From a virus (lineage: Duplodnaviria > Caudoviricetes), in the IMG/VR virus record IMGVR_UViG_3300038318_000066, positions 1 to 28,738 of that record: a DNA stretch of 28,738 nucleotides; one strand, written 5' to 3'. Below are positions 25,985 to 28,738 of the stretch, one piece after another. The notes under the pieces are model-generated. The model was not told the DNA's origin. It saw only the letters and a list, made by a program, of their open reading frames with translations, and did not search any database. Position 1 is the first letter of the stretch; every line of letters starts with the position of its first letter. The translations under genes were made by a program, and so were the position numbers.

Positions 25985-26689
25985 ATGATGAAAATATTAG
26001 TGGCTTGTGAAGAAAGTCAAGCGGTGACAATAGAGTTAAGAAAGTTAGGGCATGAAGCATACAGTTGCGACATCGAGCCATGCAGTGGTGGTCACCCGGA
26101 ATGGCATTTACAACAAGATGTTTTGAAAGTTTTATCTCCGAGTGACAACGGATATGGATATAAAAATTATATTAACTTCACTACCATGGACGGAACATAT
26201 CATATTTTGAAGGAAAAATGGGACATGATTATAGCGTTCCCGCCGTGTACATATCTTTCTGTATCTGGAAACAGATGGTTTAATGTTGAAAAATACGGAG
26301 ATAAAGCAATCCAAAGAAAAACAGAAAGACAGAAAGCAATTAAATTCTTTATGATGTTTGCAAATGCGGATTGTCAAAGAATCGCAATAGAGAACCCTGT
26401 TGGAGTAATGTCAACTGAATGGAGAAAGCCGGACCAAATTATCCAACCTTATATGTTTGGGGAAGCCGCAGAGAAAAAAACATGCCTATGGCTAAATGGA
26501 CTTCCACTGCTAAAGCCTACAAACATAGTTGAACCACCGCCAAGAAAAGTATTTGACAGTGGTAAATCAATGCCTGAATGGTATGCAAATCTATGGAGAC
26601 TACCTTCAAAAGAAAGAGCAAGTATACGAAGTAAAACATTTCCTGGAATAGCAAAAGCAATGGCTGAACAATGGGGAGGGATTAAATAA
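25985..26689 (+). CDS. DNA cytosine-5 methyltransferase-like protein
   Basis: KILVACEES (degenerate motif I), SCDI, FPPCT (catalytic PC), IENP, QPYMFG, KKTCLWL. Confidence 0.75.
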   Translation: MMKILVACEESQAVTIELRKLGHEAYSCDIEPCSGGHPEWHLQQDVLKVLSPSDNGYGYKNYINFTTMDGTYHILKEKWDMIIAFPPCTYLSVSGNRWFNVEKYGDKAIQRKTERQKAIKFFMMFANADCQRIAIENPVGVMSTEWRKPDQIIQPYMFGEAAEKKTCLWLNGLPLLKPTNIVEPPPRKVFDSGKSMPEWYANLWRLPSKERASIRSKTFPGIAKAMAEQWGGIK

Positions 26690-26971
26690 TGAAACCGATT
26701 AGAACAAAAACATCAAATAGAACTTATACAGGTGAAGGTTGCTTACCGCTTCCTGCTACAGTAATTCAATTTAGTGATGGGAAGATTGCAACAGAAACTT
26801 GTTTTGAATTGGTTGCAGCTAACAGAAGAAGAAATTCTTTGTATTCGTTATCACATGGGTGCTTATGAAAAGGATGCTTGGGATTACTTTGATAGGGCAA
26901 TCAGAAAATATGAAACAGTTCTTTGGACACATACAGCAGACATGGTTGCTTCAAAAGTTAAAGGGGTGTAA
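26689..26971 (+). pseudogene. Out-of-frame fusion: MKPIRTKTSN... start joined to a second HD-domain C-terminal remnant
   Basis: The ORF from ATG 26689 stops at 26868; another frame gives LTEEEILCIRYHMG...LWTHTADM. Confidence 0.65.
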
Positions 26972-26974
26972 TGG

Positions 26975-27253
26975 ATGGAATATCTTATAGAAAAAAGAAA
27001 AGAAGTATTGAATGCAATAGAACCAATATGTAATGTTTTTAATATTAAAGATTATGACTATGAGATAAAAGAAACAGGACAAAGAGAAACATTAAGGATT
27101 GGAAATGTGAGAATTGCTTGTTCGTGTAACTCTATAAGTGCAGTAATTGATGAATTAATAGGTTACATCTTCATAGTCAGATGGTGTAAAAATAGATCCT
27201 TAGGAACGTTTAGTACACAATGTAAAAATGTGATAAGGCGATATTGGTTTTAA
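26975..27253 (+). CDS. Hypothetical protein
   Basis: RBS AGGGGTG; 92 aa. Confidence 0.7.
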   Translation: MEYLIEKRKEVLNAIEPICNVFNIKDYDYEIKETGQRETLRIGNVRIACSCNSISAVIDELIGYIFIVRWCKNRSLGTFSTQCKNVIRRYWF

Positions 27254-27382
27254 GTGGTAGTGGCTCAAGATAAAAGAGGGGTTCAAGGTGGAGGATTTGA
27301 AGAAGAACACCTATACGATTACGCTGATGAATTAGAAGTTATTGGCAACATACACGATAACCCAGAACTAATGGAGGTGCAA
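27254..27382 (+). pseudogene. YopX-family C-terminal remnant
   Basis: LEVIGNIHDNPELME is the hallmark YopX end; here it is in frame with the next gene. Confidence 0.65.
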
Positions 27383-27796
27383 ATGCTTACAGATGAGCAT
27401 AAAGAAAAAATAAAATATCTAAGTCAGTTAAAATATATCGACAGAGGTATCGACAGAAAAATATCCGAAATGGATAAATGGAAATGCAGGGCAACTAATA
27501 TAACAACTATATTATCAGGTATGCCGAGGGGCAATACAATAGATAAAATAAGCGATTGTGTGGCTAATATTGCCGATCTAAACACGGAGATTGACAGAGA
27601 AATTGACAAGTTAGTTGACATAAGGAAAGAAATTAAATGCAAGATTAATGCTATCGAGGATGATAGACTTAGAAATATTTTGATAGACAGGTACTTGTAT
27701 TATATGACTTGGGAAGAAATTGCTTATAAAAACTTTTATAGTTGGCAGCATGTGTACAGATTACATGAGAAGGCACTTGATTTAATAAATATATAA
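27383..27796 (+). CDS. Late transcriptional activator (ArpU/RinA/DUF1492-like)
   Basis: RBS GGAGGTG; K.YLSQ...ID..I...LSGMPRG...R.IL..RY....WEEIA....YS.QHV.RLH.KAL; last early gene. Confidence 0.85.
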   Translation: MLTDEHKEKIKYLSQLKYIDRGIDRKISEMDKWKCRATNITTILSGMPRGNTIDKISDCVANIADLNTEIDREIDKLVDIRKEIKCKINAIEDDRLRNILIDRYLYYMTWEEIAYKNFYSWQHVYRLHEKALDLINI

Positions 27797-27877
27797 TGTG
27801 ATAGAATGCGAGTATTGTAAGTGATATTATGGTAGATGTAGAAGAATAGGCATACAGTTTTTCATTTTAACTTCCTT

Positions 27878-27910
27878 AAAAGAGACATTGAAATATAGTG
27901 TCTCTTTTTT
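27878..27910 (+). terminator. Rho-independent terminator
   Basis: AAAAGAGACATT-gaaatat-AGTGTCTCTTTTTT. Confidence 0.8.
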
Positions 27911-28010
27911 AATTAAGAATTAATTGTATTGCGCCTGTGGGCAGAGTTCATTTTAGATTGATAAATACACTATTTAAAAATTGATATATTTATGATAGAG
28001 GGAGGTCCTA

Positions 28011-28178
28011 ATGACAATAGGAGAATATATAAAAGCAACAGATAGAAATACATATAATAAATTATTAAAGCTGTGCAATTTTAAAATTAAAAAGCCTATT
28101 GTATTAGGTGATAGTGTGGAAAATCCTATGAAGCATGACAGCTATAAGAGGGTGGGCAGGAGAGTAAGGCAGAAGTAA
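28011..28178 (+). CDS. Small basic protein (55 aa; missing from the ORF track)
   Basis: RBS GGAGG; MTIGEYIKATDRNTYNKLLKLC...MKHDSYKRVGRRVRQK. Confidence 0.6.
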   Translation: MTIGEYIKATDRNTYNKLLKLCNFKIKKPIVLGDSVENPMKHDSYKRVGRRVRQK

Positions 28179-28196
28179 TTGATAAGCAGGTGTGAT

Positions 28197-28508
28197 ATGG
28201 CAAGAGAGTTTGCTAAGAAGTTTTATAATAGTAAGCAATGGATTAAGTGTAGAGAGTTATATAAGCAGTCAGTAAACAGATTGTGTGAGAGATGTCTGAA
28301 GAGAGGCAAGTATGTATTAGGTGACGAAGTGCATCATAAGATACATCTATCGCCTAATAATATAAATAATCCTGATATAACTTTATCATTTGAAAACTTG
28401 GAACTTCTTTGTTCATCATGTCATTCAAAGGAGCACATGAGTAAGTATGATGTAGTTAGAGATGATGTTATGTTTGATAGTAATGGTAACTTAGTTAGGA
28501 GTGAGTAG
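28197..28508 (+). CDS. Terminase-associated HNH endonuclease
   Basis: FYNSKQW..CR...LCERC...EVHH...NLELLC..CH..EH; position at the start of the late region, typical of cos phages. Confidence 0.9.
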   Translation: MAREFAKKFYNSKQWIKCRELYKQSVNRLCERCLKRGKYVLGDEVHHKIHLSPNNINNPDITLSFENLELLCSSCHSKEHMSKYDVVRDDVMFDSNGNLVRSE

Positions 28509-28510
28509 GT

Positions 28511-28714
28511 ATGGATAATATTAAAACATTAAGAAAGTTGATTGACGAAGATGCTATTACTTTCATGAAAGCAAATGAAAAGAATTATGATATTCAATTA
28601 AAATCTTTTGTAGATATGAATAATACAGTAAACATTAACGGTCAAGAGTATGTTTGTGGTATTGACTTAGCAGAATGCAAAGATATGACTGTCTACAGTC
28701 CCCCCTATAAATAA
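28511..28714 (+). CDS. Hypothetical protein
   Basis: RBS AGGAGTGAG; 67 aa. Confidence 0.55.
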   Translation: MDNIKTLRKLIDEDAITFMKANEKNYDIQLKSFVDMNNTVNINGQEYVCGIDLAECKDMTVYSPPYK

Positions 28715-28738
28715 AACAGGGAATCACTGAGCGAATAC

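Noticed and set aside
28699-28738. cos site near CCCCCC...GGG after the HNH gene
   Set aside because: Plausible from gene order, but the window ends here and no cohesive-end sequence can be supported.

Overview
AT-rich, Firmicutes (Clostridia-like) siphophage DNA. The order is tail module (chaperone end, tape measure, Dit-like, large tail/host-specificity protein, fibre genes), lysis (holins, M23 endolysin), a short leftward early operon, a Cro/operator switch with no intact repressor or integrase, early genes, a replication module (DUF2800 nuclease, DUF2815 SSB, family A polymerase, VirE primase-helicase, iteron-like origin, VRR-NUC, SNF2), a methylase-like gene, a late activator and a terminase-type HNH. 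The main observation is at the tape-measure gene start. A divergent RHH + GIY-YIG homing-endonuclease cassette sits between a vestigial start (MAKS at 560) and a replacement start (MSKSNFIVR at 1721). The replacement start is broken by a structured 10-nt insert, CGC-TGAAAAC-CGT, with matched Arg take-off and landing codons around a stop. This is a candidate programmed ribosomal bypass coupled to a homing endonuclease, analogous to T4 gene 60/mobA. Other observations are a repeated pseudoknot-like element before early-gene RBSs, a collapsed array of tail-fibre paralogues and many deletion scars in accessory genes. All family names come from motif recognition by eye; no database searches were run.
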